This document shows, in pieces, positions 32,240 to 42,847 of a DNA stretch of 64,000 nucleotides; position 1 is the stretch's first letter; each line of letters begins with the position of its first letter. The DNA is from Gammaproteobacteria bacterium (lineage in GTDB: Bacteria > Pseudomonadota > Gammaproteobacteria > CBDBNL01 > JAAOII01). Under the pieces are notes generated by a model. It ran no database searches. It was not told the DNA's origin and saw nothing but the letters and a program-made list of their open reading frames with translations. The position numbers and the translations under genes are program-made. The stretch spans positions 1,216,001 through 1,280,000 of the forward strand of contig OZ242372.1 in the NCBI GenBank assembly GCA_965209035.1, written 5' to 3'.

Positions 32240-33965
32240 TTTGAGAATGCCCAAAATATTCGGCGACGCGGTCGGCAACATCCGCAAGCGGGATAAGACG
32301 CGCGTCTCCGCCGGCACGTTCTTTAAGTTCGGCCGCATTCTGTGCCAGCGACTTGGAGCTGACGATCAACCGCAGCGGGACGCCAATTAATTCCCATTCC
32401 GCCAACTTCCCGCCGACACGCAGATCGCGATCATCATAGACAACACGGATTCCCAACTTGAGTAAGTATTTGTAAAGGTCCGCACTTTTTTCCCCGACAG
32501 CCGCGTCTTTGGGCGGCAAGGGAATGAGGACCGCATCAAAAGGTGTCAGCGATTTTGGCCATATGATGCCGCGCTCGTCGTGATTCTGCTCAATGCAGGC
32601 GGCCACTATGCGGTCCACTCCTATGCCATAGCAGCCCATCTTGACAGCGACCTGCTTGCCGGTTTTATCCGGAACCCGAGCCCCCATGGATTCCGAATAC
32701 TTGGCGCCCAATTGAAAAATATGTCCGACTTCTATGCCGCGCATGATTTGCACCGTGCCTTTCCCGTCCGGGCTCGGTTCGCCCGCCGTGATATTGCGCA
32801 GATCGGCAAATGCGGGCTGCGGGCAATCTCGTCCCCAGTTAACACCCTTGTAATGCTTTGCTTCTATGTTGGCACCGCAGGCAAAGTCTGTCAAGTGTTG
32901 CAATTCCAGATCGGCGATACAGGTCAGCGGCATGTTAACAGGTCCCAGCGAACCGGGAGAGCAGCCGATGCTTTGTTTTATTTCGTCCCGACCCGCCATC
33001 GTGAACGGCTTTAATAGTACTTCGGTCTTCTCGGCTTTGACAACATTGAGTTCGCGATCGCCGCGCACAAACAAAGCCACCAAATGTGGCTTGTCCTTTT
33101 GCCAGTCCTTGCCGCGCGCAATCAGTGTTTTTACGCCGGATTCGGCGCGCAACCCAAACTTCTTTTCCAAATCGGCAATGGTGCGGACACCGGGTGTATC
33201 TACAAGTTCCATTGTTTCTTTGGGAGCCGGCGGCCTGCCCTGCGGCGGCGGAATCGGCACCAGTTCCACATTGGCCGTGTAGTCACTTTGATCGCTAAAC
33301 ACGATGCCTTCCTCGCCGGAGTTTGCCAACACATGAAACTCTTCGGATAGACTACCGCCGATAGTGCCGGTGTCCGCGGATACGGCCTTAAAGGAAACAC
33401 CCAGGCGGGTAAAGATGTTCGTATAAGCGCGCCGCATGTCGGCATAGGTTTCCGCCAAAGAGGCGTCGTCCGCATGAAAACTGTAGGCGTCTTTCATTTG
33501 GAATTCCCGCGCGCGCATCACGCCAAAGCGCGGGCGAATTTCGTCGCGAAACTTGGTATGTATCTGGTAAAGAATGAAAGGCAGCTGCTTGTAACTTTGG
33601 ATTTCGCCGCGCAGTATGTCGGTGACTACTTCTTCATGGGTCGGGCCAAAGCAAAAACGGCGATTGTGTCTGTCCGTAAAGCGCAGCAACTCGGGTCCGT
33701 AATCATTCCAACGGCCGGATTCCTGCCAGATATCTTCCGGTTGAACACAGGGCAACAGGATCTCTTCGCCGCCGATGGCATTCATTTCTTCGCGCACCAC
33801 CTGTTCCACTCGGCGGCGCACCCGCAAACCCAACGGCAGCCAACTGTATAGCCCGCTGGCAAGAGGGCGAATCATTCCCGCTCGCAACATCAGTTTGTGG
33901 CTGATTAACCGGGCATCGCTGGGGTTCTCTTTCAGCGTGGTTAGGAATAACTTGGAGGCAAGCAC
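32226..33965 (-). CDS. proS: Proline--tRNA ligase
   Basis: SHKLMLRAG, GPTHEE, FRDEIRPRFG, GIEVGHIF, MGCYGIG. Confidence 0.98.
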   Translation of the reverse strand: MLASKLFLTTLKENPSDARLISHKLMLRAGMIRPLASGLYSWLPLGLRVRRRVEQVVREEMNAIGGEEILLPCVQPEDIWQESGRWNDYGPELLRFTDRHNRRFCFGPTHEEVVTDILRGEIQSYKQLPFILYQIHTKFRDEIRPRFGVMRAREFQMKDAYSFHADDASLAETYADMRRAYTNIFTRLGVSFKAVSADTGTIGGSLSEEFHVLANSGEEGIVFSDQSDYTANVELVPIPPPQGRPPAPKETMELVDTPGVRTIADLEKKFGLRAESGVKTLIARGKDWQKDKPHLVALFVRGDRELNVVKAEKTEVLLKPFTMAGRDEIKQSIGCSPGSLGPVNMPLTCIADLELQHLTDFACGANIEAKHYKGVNWGRDCPQPAFADLRNITAGEPSPDGKGTVQIMRGIEVGHIFQLGAKYSESMGARVPDKTGKQVAVKMGCYGIGVDRIVAACIEQNHDERGIIWPKSLTPFDAVLIPLPPKDAAVGEKSADLYKYLLKLGIRVVYDDRDLRVGGKLAEWELIGVPLRLIVSSKSLAQNAAELKERAGGDARLIPLADVADRVAEYFGHSQNAFK

Positions 33966-34419
33966 GGGACTAATTGCCGTTTGTCGGCAGCAAAAAATGC
34001 ATCACAAAATCCTTCATTTCCTTCATTAGTGATAAGTAAGTCATATAAATGTAATTCGGGCTATAACGGATCAAGCCGCAAGAGTTCAATTTTGGATGCA
34101 TTGATATTATTATAAGAGGATTAATAAGCGGTAACTTTTGGTGTATGATCCCGCCCATCCCCGGACTTTTATTGTTTTTGCAAAAACCGGATCGGCGAGA
34201 GTTGTTTGCGGGCATCATGAGGACGCTCTAGATTGTGCAGCCCGGCCGCCCTCACAGACCACACAGTCTCGCCGGCGAAGGCACCTAAACAGTTTTATTA
34301 ACAACAAGTTTCCGCTGTCTGTGCCGGCGAGAGCAAAACAGATCTCCGTCTTTTATCCGCCTTGCTTACCCGGTTCATTCATCCGGCTTCCTATCTATTT
34401 GGGACCCGTCCGACAGAAC

Positions 34420-34486
34420 CGCCGGCTCTTTAATTTGAGGACGCACCATACCAAACTCAGGGTCCGGAACCTTTATGAGATCATGC
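34420..34486 (+). repeat. Dispersed intergenic repeat copy A
   Basis: 53/67 identity by hand alignment to the reverse complement of 36926-36992. Confidence 0.8.
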
Positions 34487-34506
34487 ATTTGGTCTTTAAT
34501 TTTGAC

Positions 34507-35292
34507 TTAGCAAATACCCGCTTTAATAGTGCGGGCGGCGGTCGCGAACCTTTTGGGATAATTGGTGAAAAAACCGCTGACACCGCGCTGCAAAAATGCA
34601 CCGAGCGATGCGATATTGTCCGTTGTCCAAACCAGGATAGGAATGTGGATGTTTGGCGGTAATTCAAAGGCACCCGCGCTCAATTTTTTGGCATTTAGGT
34701 GAAAGGCAGCAAGGTTTGGCACGCGTTGCCGAATTGCGTCAATTTCTCTTTCGGTCGGCATCTCGTCGTGCAGGGAGGCGAGTGCAAGTCGCGGACAGAG
34801 TTCTTGCAGTTGAAAGAGCGTTCGGCGGTCAAACGCCGAGACAACAAGATTTGTCGTGTTTCTTCTGCCGGCAAGAAGCCGGGCAAATCGTTCTTCGGTC
34901 TTGCGTCTGAGTTGCGGATCCTGTTGCGGTTTGATTTCCACATTAATAAGAACTTTTTCCGTTTCAAACTGTGTTAAGACTTCGTCCAGGCTCGGCACCC
35001 GTGCCTTGCAAAATTTCGGATGAAACCAACCGCCCGCGTCCAATCCTTGTAACTCTGCCATCGTTTTTTTGGCAACCGGCCCGGTGCCGTCTGTGGTTCT
35101 GTCAAGCGTGTCGTCATGGATCACCGCCAATTCTTCGTCAAGGGTTAATTGAACATCCAATTCAACTCCGTGCGCTCCTTCGTTTACGGCGGCCGCGAAT
35201 GCGGGCAAGGTGTTTTCGGGATAGTGCCCGCTTGCTCCTCGGTGGCCGATCACCCAGGGACGGCCGGCAGAAAACAAGGGTCCGTATTGCAT
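34507..35292 (-). CDS. Glycerophosphodiester phosphodiesterase
   Basis: GHRGAS, PENT, ELDVQLT, IHDDTLDRTT, NVEIK, WT. Confidence 0.93.
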   Translation of the reverse strand: MQYGPLFSAGRPWVIGHRGASGHYPENTLPAFAAAVNEGAHGVELDVQLTLDEELAVIHDDTLDRTTDGTGPVAKKTMAELQGLDAGGWFHPKFCKARVPSLDEVLTQFETEKVLINVEIKPQQDPQLRRKTEERFARLLAGRRNTTNLVVSAFDRRTLFQLQELCPRLALASLHDEMPTEREIDAIRQRVPNLAAFHLNAKKLSAGAFELPPNIHIPILVWTTDNIASLGAFLQRGVSGFFTNYPKRFATAARTIKAGIC

Positions 35293-35305
35293 ATGTTGCC
35301 GATAT

Positions 35306-36046
35306 TTACCGATTGCGAAGAATATCCCGCATTTCGCGCACGGCGGTCCGCATACCCGCGAACAACGCCCGGGCAACGATGGAATGTCCTATGTTGAGTT
35401 CGTAAAAAAGATTCTTGCCGGTAAGAAGACGAACATTATCATAGTGCAAACCGTGGCCGGCATTCACGGTCAAACCAAGTTGTGCCGCCAACTTCGCGCT
35501 TTCAAGTAATCTGTGTATTTCCGCGTCCCTCCGATTGTCCGCGGCATTGGCGTATGCCCCGGTATGCAACTCCACAAAAGGAGCGCCGGCCGCGTGTGCG
35601 GCTTCCATTTGCTTTGGCTCCGGCTCCGTGAACAACGAGACAAGAATTCCCGCTGCCGCGAATGTTTCGCATGCCTTGCGGATGCGTTGTTTATTCCCCG
35701 CCAGATCCCCCGCCACATCCAAACCTCCTTCCGTGGTCAGTTCCCGGCGTTTTTCCGGCACCAAGCAAACATAGGCGGGTTTGATCCGCAGAGCAAAGGC
35801 GAGCATCTCATCTGTTAAAGCCATTTCCAGATTCAGACGGGTTGCGATCTTTTCTTTTAGTTCGGCAACATCCCTGTCTTGAATATGTCGTCGATCTTCT
35901 CGCAGATGCACGGTGATGCCGTCCGCCCCGCCGCGCTCCGCTTCCAGGGCGGCGGCAAGCGGGCTCGGATAATCCGTATCCCGGGCTTGACGAATGGTGG
36001 CTATGTGATCTATATTCACACCCAGGAGAGGATACTCGGTTTTCAT
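35306..36046 (-). CDS. pdxJ: Pyridoxine 5'-phosphate synthase
   Basis: [36 protein letters not shown]. Confidence 0.98.
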   Translation of the reverse strand: MKTEYPLLGVNIDHIATIRQARDTDYPSPLAAALEAERGGADGITVHLREDRRHIQDRDVAELKEKIATRLNLEMALTDEMLAFALRIKPAYVCLVPEKRRELTTEGGLDVAGDLAGNKQRIRKACETFAAAGILVSLFTEPEPKQMEAAHAAGAPFVELHTGAYANAADNRRDAEIHRLLESAKLAAQLGLTVNAGHGLHYDNVRLLTGKNLFYELNIGHSIVARALFAGMRTAVREMRDILRNR

Positions 36047-36774
36047 TGGCGGTCCTCTTGCGAAAACGGCGGTCGGACGAGTAAACTGCGACTGACCAAA
36101 GGCCTTCCCTCCAACAAGTGATGCAGCACCGCTCGGTTAAGTAGTTTGGCCGCCCTGAGAACGCGCGGGTCGTCCAGTTCTCTTCGCCCGATTGCGATGA
36201 GAATCCGACCCGGATAGACATTCTCCGCGCCGGCTTCCCGACTTTGGCGAAACCCTCCGCTCGGATCATAAATGTAAAACAGATCCGCTTTTATGGGTTG
36301 TTTGCTGCCGTGATCGTGTGCAAAAGACAGGCCATAGCCCAACTCGGCGAAAAGGGTATACTCAAAAGAACGCAATGCCTTCTCGGAAAGCGGTGTGTTT
36401 TCGGCATCTCTTAGAAGATCCTGATAGGCGTCATACAATTTGGCGTGGGCGTCAAACGGCTTGAGAAGTTTGTATAAAAGTTCGTTGAGATACATCAGAA
36501 CAATTAGAAATTTGCCGGCATAGGCTGCGTGACCTTTGCGTATGTGGATATCGCAAAGAGTTTTTAGTTCCGTTCGTCCCGACCAGGCAATAAAAAGTTC
36601 TTGTGCCGGTTGAATGATGCCGGTCAGTTGTTTGTTTTTGCGTGCCCCCTTCATCATCAAGTGCATGACCCCGTGCTCGCGCGTGAAGAAGTATCCAATC
36701 AAACTGCTTTCGCTAAAAGGGATGCGGTGCAGCAGATAAGCGGGCTCCTTGTCCGAGCGATTGACGGGACTCAT
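36043..36774 (-). CDS. recO: DNA repair protein RecO
   Basis: [31 protein letters not shown]; coupled to pdxJ. Confidence 0.93.
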   Translation of the reverse strand: MSPVNRSDKEPAYLLHRIPFSESSLIGYFFTREHGVMHLMMKGARKNKQLTGIIQPAQELFIAWSGRTELKTLCDIHIRKGHAAYAGKFLIVLMYLNELLYKLLKPFDAHAKLYDAYQDLLRDAENTPLSEKALRSFEYTLFAELGYGLSFAHDHGSKQPIKADLFYIYDPSGGFRQSREAGAENVYPGRILIAIGRRELDDPRVLRAAKLLNRAVLHHLLEGRPLVSRSLLVRPPFSQEDRQ

Positions 36775-36925
36775 GGCCGCGTTCTTCTTCCTTTAACAAG
36801 AAACATATCTTTATTCTACCACTTTTGCGGTGGTCTTTTTGTCAAAGGTTGCTCCGGCAAACGGGAACTTTGTCACAGAACACAAGTAAAGGGAGAGCTC
36901 AAAACTCGAGAAGATACTGCGAATC

Positions 36926-36992
36926 GCATCATCCCGTAAAGATTTTGGGCTCTGAGTTTGGTATTGTGTGCCCTCAGATCAAAGAACCGGCG
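36926..36992 (-). repeat. Dispersed intergenic repeat copy B (inverted relative to A)
   Basis: Core ATACCAAACTCAG shared with copy A. Confidence 0.8.
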
Positions 36993-37032
36993 AAAGCGGT
37001 GGTAAAATTGTAGAACCTTCTTTCTTTTTATC

Positions 37033-37692
37033 TTGCCAAATGATTCTGTTAGTTCGCCGGATGTCCTGATCGGGGCGGAGAATCTCCGCTGTCGTCGGGG
37101 AGGCAATCTTTTGTTTGCGGGAGTCGGTTTCCGCCTTAAAGGAGGAGATGCTTTGCGAATTGTCGGCGCCAACGGCAGTGGCAAGACCAGTTTGATTAAG
37201 ATCCTTTGCGGGCTGCTTGTCGCCGAAGAGGGCACAATCCGGGCGAAGACTTCTTTACATTATCTCGGTCACAAGGACGCGCTTGCCGATGAGTTGACGG
37301 CGGCGGAAATGCTGTTATGGTACCAAAGCATTTCGTCCGATACCGGAAAACACAACACGCCGAGTCCGGATGCAATCTTTGCCCGCCTTAACTTGCGGGA
37401 CATTGGTTGCCTTCCTTGCGGCAAACTCTCGGCGGGGCAGCGAAAGTTGGTTTGTCTTGCAAAGTTATTGTTGTTGCCGCGTCCTCTTTGGATTCTGGAT
37501 GAGCCATTTGCATCTTTGGCACCCGCGGCCGTTTTGTCGGTTCGGACCCTGCTAAACGAACATCGTGCGAGTGGCGGTGGCTTAATATACAGTGATCACA
37601 GCGATTTTTACGGTAAGACAGACGAATTGCGTCTTTCTGAATTTAAGCCCAAATTGGGTTCCCAACTCGGGTCTGACTTTGCCGGCCGATAA
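37033..37692 (+). CDS. ccmA: Heme exporter ATP-binding subunit CcmA
   Basis: GANGSGKT, YLGH, LSAGQ, LWILDEPF. Confidence 0.88.
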   Translation: MPNDSVSSPDVLIGAENLRCRRGGNLLFAGVGFRLKGGDALRIVGANGSGKTSLIKILCGLLVAEEGTIRAKTSLHYLGHKDALADELTAAEMLLWYQSISSDTGKHNTPSPDAIFARLNLRDIGCLPCGKLSAGQRKLVCLAKLLLLPRPLWILDEPFASLAPAAVLSVRTLLNEHRASGGGLIYSDHSDFYGKTDELRLSEFKPKLGSQLGSDFAGR

Positions 37693-37843
37693 CAATAAGG
37701 GTTTTGCTCCTTGTTTTTTGCTTCCGGCGTAAAATTAACAATTAATGATTATTTTTATAAAAAGTGCTCTTTTAACGAATTTTTGTATTACAATAACGCA
37801 ATATAAATTATATTTGTGATTAACTATTAAAAAAATTATCATT

Positions 37844-38854
37844 ATGAAAACATTTTTACGAAAGTCTCTCATAATCTTTTCGTTTTCCTTTGCTATGCTG
37901 TTTGGCTCATTTGCTTGGGCAGCCGAGGTGACGATTGGTTATCAGGGAATTATGAATCCTTGGAAAGTTGCTATCAAGGATGGTGTCTTTGAAAAAAGAA
38001 CCGGCTACAAAATTAAATGGCGAAAGTTTGACTCCGGTTCCGCAGTCATCAATGCGATGGCATCCGGCGATGTTCATGTGGCGGTAGCGGGCTCCAGTCC
38101 GATTGCCGCGGGCGTGGCACGCGGTTTGCCGATTCAATTATTTTGGGTCATTGAAGACATTGCTTCCGCGGAGGCATTGGTTGTCCGAGATGGCTCGGGT
38201 ATTTTGTCGCCGCAAGATCTTAAAGGCAAGCGCATCGGCGTTCCGTTTGTATCCACAACACATTTTCATATGTTGTTTGCATTGGAACAATTCGGCTTGA
38301 AATCCAAAGATGTCAGTCTGCGTAACCTGCAACCGCCGCAAATTTCGGCTGCCTGGAAACGGGGCGACATAGATGCCGCGTTTGTATGGGATCCCGCTTT
38401 GGGCGAAATCAAGAAAAACGGCAAGGTTTTGATTACCTCCGGGCAATTGAGTTCCTGGGGCAAAGCCACTTTTGACGGTATGGTCGTGAGCAAAAAGTTT
38501 GCGAGTGCAAACGACAAGTTCATGGTTAATTTTGTCAGAGTCTTGGACGAGTATGCGGCCGACTATCGCAATAATCCGGGAAGCTGGGGCGCAAAATCTG
38601 ACAAGGCGCGCAAGGTTGCTGACCTGGCCGGCGGTGATGCGAGTCAAGTGCCCGGTGTTCTGGCTCTTTATAGCTTTCCTTCGGCGGCCGAACAGGCTTC
38701 CGCGGCATGGCTTGGTGGCGGTGAAGATGGCGGCGGTGCCCGTGCTCTGCGTTTTACCGCGGAGTTTTTGAAGAAAGAAAAGAAGGTAGACAATCTCCCG
38801 TCTTCGTTTGCCGGCTTTGTTAATTCTAAGTTTGCCGCCGAAGCTGCAAAATAA
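37844..38854 (+). CDS. tauA: Taurine ABC transporter substrate-binding protein
   Basis: Signal peptide, WRKFDSG, GSSP, VPFVSTTH, AAWKRGDIDAAFVWDP. Confidence 0.93.
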   Translation: MKTFLRKSLIIFSFSFAMLFGSFAWAAEVTIGYQGIMNPWKVAIKDGVFEKRTGYKIKWRKFDSGSAVINAMASGDVHVAVAGSSPIAAGVARGLPIQLFWVIEDIASAEALVVRDGSGILSPQDLKGKRIGVPFVSTTHFHMLFALEQFGLKSKDVSLRNLQPPQISAAWKRGDIDAAFVWDPALGEIKKNGKVLITSGQLSSWGKATFDGMVVSKKFASANDKFMVNFVRVLDEYAADYRNNPGSWGAKSDKARKVADLAGGDASQVPGVLALYSFPSAAEQASAAWLGGGEDGGGARALRFTAEFLKKEKKVDNLPSSFAGFVNSKFAAEAAK

Positions 38855-38873
38855 CAAAATAATCTAAAAAAGG

Positions 38874-38906
38874 ACGTCGTCGTTCGCGACGACGTTTCTT
38901 TTATTT
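38874..38906 (+). terminator. Intra-operon hairpin plus U-tract after tauA
   Basis: ACGTCGTCG-TTCG-CGACGACGT followed by TTCTTTTATTT. Confidence 0.75.
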
Positions 38907-38924
38907 GTTGAAGATCGAAGATAT

Positions 38925-39809
38925 ATGTCAAATTTAATTGCCCGTAATGTGAATTTTGTCTACTCCGTGAAAGGAGAGCCATCTGTTCAGGCACTTAAAG
39001 ATGTCAACCTTGCAATTAAAGAGGGGGAATTTGTTGTTGCCATCGGTGCTTCCGGTTGCGGTAAAACGACACTTCTTAATCTTTTTGCCGGTTTTTTGCG
39101 ACCCACAGACGGCGACATTCTCTATATAAACGATTCGGCTGCCAAAACGGGAGACACGGATGCGGATACAAAGACAAAAGAAGTCCCGATTGAAGGCCCC
39201 GACCAGGATCGGGGAGTGGTATTTGGCGAAGACCCTGTGTTGGGTCCGGGTAGCGACAGAGGGGTGGTATTTCAAAAGCATGCCTTGTTACCCTGGTTGA
39301 CAGTGGTTCAAAATGCGGCATTTGGTTTGAAATTACAAGGAATACCTGCCAAAGAACGATACGATACCGCTTTACGCAATCTGTCGTTGGTTGGTTTGGA
39401 AGACTTTATTGATCATAAAATATACCAACTTTCGGGTGGTATGCAGCAAAGAGTGGGTATTGCGCGAGCGTTAACTTCCAACCCGTCCACTCTGTTGATG
39501 GACGAGCCTTTGGGTGCTTTGGATGCATTGACGCGTGAAAATACGCAAGAATTGATTTTAGATATATGGCAAAAAACCGGTAAACAGGTTTTTTTCATTA
39601 CACACAGCGTGGAAGAGGCGTTGTTTATGGCGACTAAGTTAATTGTGATGTCGCCGAGACCGGGACGAATCACACATACATTTGACCTGGATTTTTGTCA
39701 CAAGTACTTAAAGATACGCGATGCGCGTAAAATTAAGTCGGACCAGAAGTTTATTCAAATGCGGGAAACCGTATTGGAAATTGTTTATACCGATGAAAAG
39801 TCTGCGTAA
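38925..39809 (+). CDS. tauB: Taurine ABC transporter ATP-binding protein
   Basis: GASGCGKT, DRGVVFQ, LSGGMQQR, MDEP, ITH. Confidence 0.92.
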   Translation: MSNLIARNVNFVYSVKGEPSVQALKDVNLAIKEGEFVVAIGASGCGKTTLLNLFAGFLRPTDGDILYINDSAAKTGDTDADTKTKEVPIEGPDQDRGVVFGEDPVLGPGSDRGVVFQKHALLPWLTVVQNAAFGLKLQGIPAKERYDTALRNLSLVGLEDFIDHKIYQLSGGMQQRVGIARALTSNPSTLLMDEPLGALDALTRENTQELILDIWQKTGKQVFFITHSVEEALFMATKLIVMSPRPGRITHTFDLDFCHKYLKIRDARKIKSDQKFIQMRETVLEIVYTDEKSA

Positions 39810-40641
39810 TATTCTTGCCGGCTTATTCGGCAGCAGCACGGAAGGTGCCGGCGAAGCCTACGGTGTTCCCGGTCAAGGGAAAAGTGCTTTTATCAGTGTT
39901 CTCAGTGCGATAGGGATTATTCTTTTATGGTATCTCAGCACAGAGGCATTGCAGTTGGTGCCGCCGCTCTTTTTGCCTTCTCCTTTTGCCGTTTTCGACA
40001 AGTTTGTTCAGATCCAGTTAGACGGATTTGGCGGTGCCACTTTATTGGAACACACTGCTTGGAGTATGTTGCGCGTGTTTTCGGCTTTTTTCCTTGCATG
40101 TGCTACGGCCATACCCATCGGTGTTCTGATGGGTGTCAACCGTTATGCGCGCGGTGTTTTTGATCCGCCCATAGAATTTTATCGTCCTATCCCCCCGCTG
40201 GCTTATTTGCCTCTGGTGATCATCTGGCTGGGTATCGACGAAGCCGCAAAAATTCTTCTGATTTACTTGGCTATTTTTGCGCCTATGGTTCTAAATGCCC
40301 GTGCCGGTGTTCGCTCGGTTGCCATAGAGCAGATTCATGCCGCCTATTCTATGGGGGCGAGCAGATGGCAAGTATTGACCCAGGTGATTTTTAAGGCTGC
40401 TATGCCTGAAATTTTGACGGGAATGCGTATCGGTATCGGGTTTGGTTGGACTACATTGGTCGCAGCCGAAATGGTTGCCGCCGAAAAGGGATTGGGTTTT
40501 ATGATTCTTAGTGCCGCCAACTTCTTGGCTACCGAAGTCGTTGTGATGGGAATTGTTGTCATAGGCGTCATTGCCTATATCTTTGATCTCATCATGCGAT
40601 ATGTTGAAAATACCGTGGTTCCTTGGAAAGGAAAGGTCTGA
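39793..40641 (+). CDS. tauC: Taurine ABC transporter permease
   Basis: PLFLPSP, EFYRPIPPLAYLPL, GWTTLVAAE, VPWKGK. Confidence 0.92.
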   Translation: MKSLRNILAGLFGSSTEGAGEAYGVPGQGKSAFISVLSAIGIILLWYLSTEALQLVPPLFLPSPFAVFDKFVQIQLDGFGGATLLEHTAWSMLRVFSAFFLACATAIPIGVLMGVNRYARGVFDPPIEFYRPIPPLAYLPLVIIWLGIDEAAKILLIYLAIFAPMVLNARAGVRSVAIEQIHAAYSMGASRWQVLTQVIFKAAMPEILTGMRIGIGFGWTTLVAAEMVAAEKGLGFMILSAANFLATEVVVMGIVVIGVIAYIFDLIMRYVENTVVPWKGKV

Positions 40642-40685
40642 GTCTCCAAGTTTGATCATTCGATCATCCTGATATAAAAAATTAG

Positions 40686-40710
40686 ATGCCCGTTAGCGGG
40701 CATTTTTTTT
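40686..40710 (+). terminator. Intrinsic terminator of tauABC
   Basis: ATGCCCG-TTAG-CGGGCAT followed by a T run. Confidence 0.88.
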
Positions 40711-40955
40711 GGCTGTTGCGGACATACGGGGCGACGCAAAATCTCAACCGGCAGTCAATTCAATGAATGTCCTTACTGCTTTTCTTACTGCCTTTCTTTA
40801 ATGCTTTCTTAGCTCTTTATTGAACTCTCCCGCCGCCCCCGCCGCGTTGACCTTGGACATTCAGGACTGATGCCGGAGCATCCCGGTAAAGATTTTGGCA
40901 CATTTGGCACACCCGGCTCCTGCCCATCATCGCGGGAATTCCAGTCGGAATCCCC

Positions 40956-41319
40956 GCCGGTATTTTTTAGTGCTTTCGCAGTTCCTAGTTTGACGGAGGC
41001 TTAGTAAATCATATGGTAATTGCATACCGCCTTCTGCCGAGGCAAAAGGCGGAGCGATGATCTGCGTGTCCCAGCCGGTATTTTTTAGTGCTTCCGCAGT
41101 TCCTAGTTTGACGGAGGCTTAGTAAATCATATGGTAATTGCATACCGCCTTCTGCCGGGGCAAAAGGCGGAGCGATGATCTGCGTGTCCCAGCCGGTATT
41201 TTTTAGTGCTTCCGTAGTTCCTAGTTTGACGGAGGCTTGGTAAATCATATGGTAATTGCATACCGCCTTCTGCCGGGCAAAAGGCGGAGCGATGATCTGC
41301 GTGTCCCAGCCGGTATTTT
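40956..41319. repeat. 118-bp tandem array x3 derived from the aminotransferase 3' end
   Basis: Stop-codon equivalents at 40967, 41085, 41203; real stop at 41320. Confidence 0.95.
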
Positions 41320-42654
41320 TTAGTGCTTCCGCAATTCTTTGTTTAGTAAATCATAAAGTAATTGCATATCGCTTTCTTCCATTACAAAAGGCGGGGCGAT
41401 GATCAAGGTGTCTCCCGTTCCTTTGACATGCAGACCCGACCAAAAAAGATTTTGATACACCTTGTTCCCGCGCATTGAGGGAATCTCTTCCGGTTCCAAC
41501 TCAATCCCCGCCAGCATTCCGTAATTGCGGATATCCTTGACGACGGGTATCTCTTGGAGTTGAAACAGAAGATCTTCCAATCGGGGAGCAAGTTTCCGAA
41601 CCTTTGAAAGAATGTCTTCGTCCTTCATTATCTTTAATGTTGCCAAACTTGCGGCACATGCGACCGGATGTGCCGAAAAGGTATAGCCATGGAAAAACTC
41701 AATCGTTTTTTCGTGAGAGGCATTAACCACCGTTTTGTAGATATTTTCGTTAAATGCCACGGCAGCCATGGGAACGGCGCCGTTGGTGATGGCTTTTGCC
41801 ATGCTGATTATATCCGGTTTGACGCCGAATTCCATAGCACCAAACCAATTTCCCAACCTGCCAAAGCCGGTTAGGACTTCGTCAAAGATCAGAAGAATGT
41901 CGTGCTTGTCGCAAATTTCACGCAGTCGTTTCAAGTACCCTTGCGGCGGGACAAGGCAGCCGATCCCGCCCGAAACGGGCTCAACAATGCAAGCGGCAAT
42001 ATTCTCGGCACCGTAGGTATCAATATGCTGTTGCAGATCTTCCGCCAGGTAGGCGCCTTTTGCCGGCAGACCGCGCGTGAACCGATTTTCCTCCAATAAA
42101 GTATGTCGCATGTGTGCGGTCGGCGGCGAAATCGGGTTAAAAAACCGGCGATTGTTGACGATACCCGTCAACGAAATCCCGCCCATATTGACACCGTGAT
42201 ATGAGCGTTGCCGGGCGACAAACATTGTTTTTTGGCCCTGCCCTTTGGCGCGCCAATATGCGTAAACGCCTTTGATGACTGTTTCCACCGCTTCGCTGCC
42301 CGAATTGGCAAAGAATAACTTGTTCATTCCTTCCGGTAATATTTGGCTCAGTTCCTCCGCCAGGCGAAAAGAGAGCGCGTGCCCCGTATTGAAATGCGGG
42401 GTAAAGTCCAAAGTGGCGAGTTGCTCGGACACCGCATCCCGGATTTCCGGTCTGCAGTGGCCGAGTGGTGTCGTGAACAGGCCCGCGCTGCCGTCCAAAA
42501 TTTTATCGCCCTGTTGGTTCCAGTAATAAACACCCTTCGCTTTTGCCATCATCCTGGGCTTTTGTTTAAAATCCCGGTTGGCACTGAAAGGCATCCAGTG
42601 ATTTTGCATGTTCATATCGTTCGTATTGTTGTTGTTAATGTTTTGTTCTTTCAT
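41320..42654 (-). CDS. Class III PLP aminotransferase (omega-amino acid:pyruvate type; candidate taurine aminotransferase)
   Basis: WMPF, NSGSEA, YHG, IFDEVLTGFGR, MAKAITNG, HGYTFSAHP; lies in the taurine cluster. Confidence 0.9.
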   Translation of the reverse strand: MKEQNINNNNTNDMNMQNHWMPFSANRDFKQKPRMMAKAKGVYYWNQQGDKILDGSAGLFTTPLGHCRPEIRDAVSEQLATLDFTPHFNTGHALSFRLAEELSQILPEGMNKLFFANSGSEAVETVIKGVYAYWRAKGQGQKTMFVARQRSYHGVNMGGISLTGIVNNRRFFNPISPPTAHMRHTLLEENRFTRGLPAKGAYLAEDLQQHIDTYGAENIAACIVEPVSGGIGCLVPPQGYLKRLREICDKHDILLIFDEVLTGFGRLGNWFGAMEFGVKPDIISMAKAITNGAVPMAAVAFNENIYKTVVNASHEKTIEFFHGYTFSAHPVACAASLATLKIMKDEDILSKVRKLAPRLEDLLFQLQEIPVVKDIRNYGMLAGIELEPEEIPSMRGNKVYQNLFWSGLHVKGTGDTLIIAPPFVMEESDMQLLYDLLNKELRKH

Positions 42655-42847
42655 ATTTTTGATTCCTCTTTTTTGTCAGGTATATTAAAAATAAATGTAT
42701 AATATTATACATATTTTTTGCATTAATGGAATAACCGACGAAAAAACCCGAAAAAATATTTTTCGTCGCCGCCTTTCCTCTCTTGCTCGGCTCATAAGAT
42801 CCGTGACACATCGTTCTTCTGTTCTATCATCCGGTTTTAAGTTTTAT

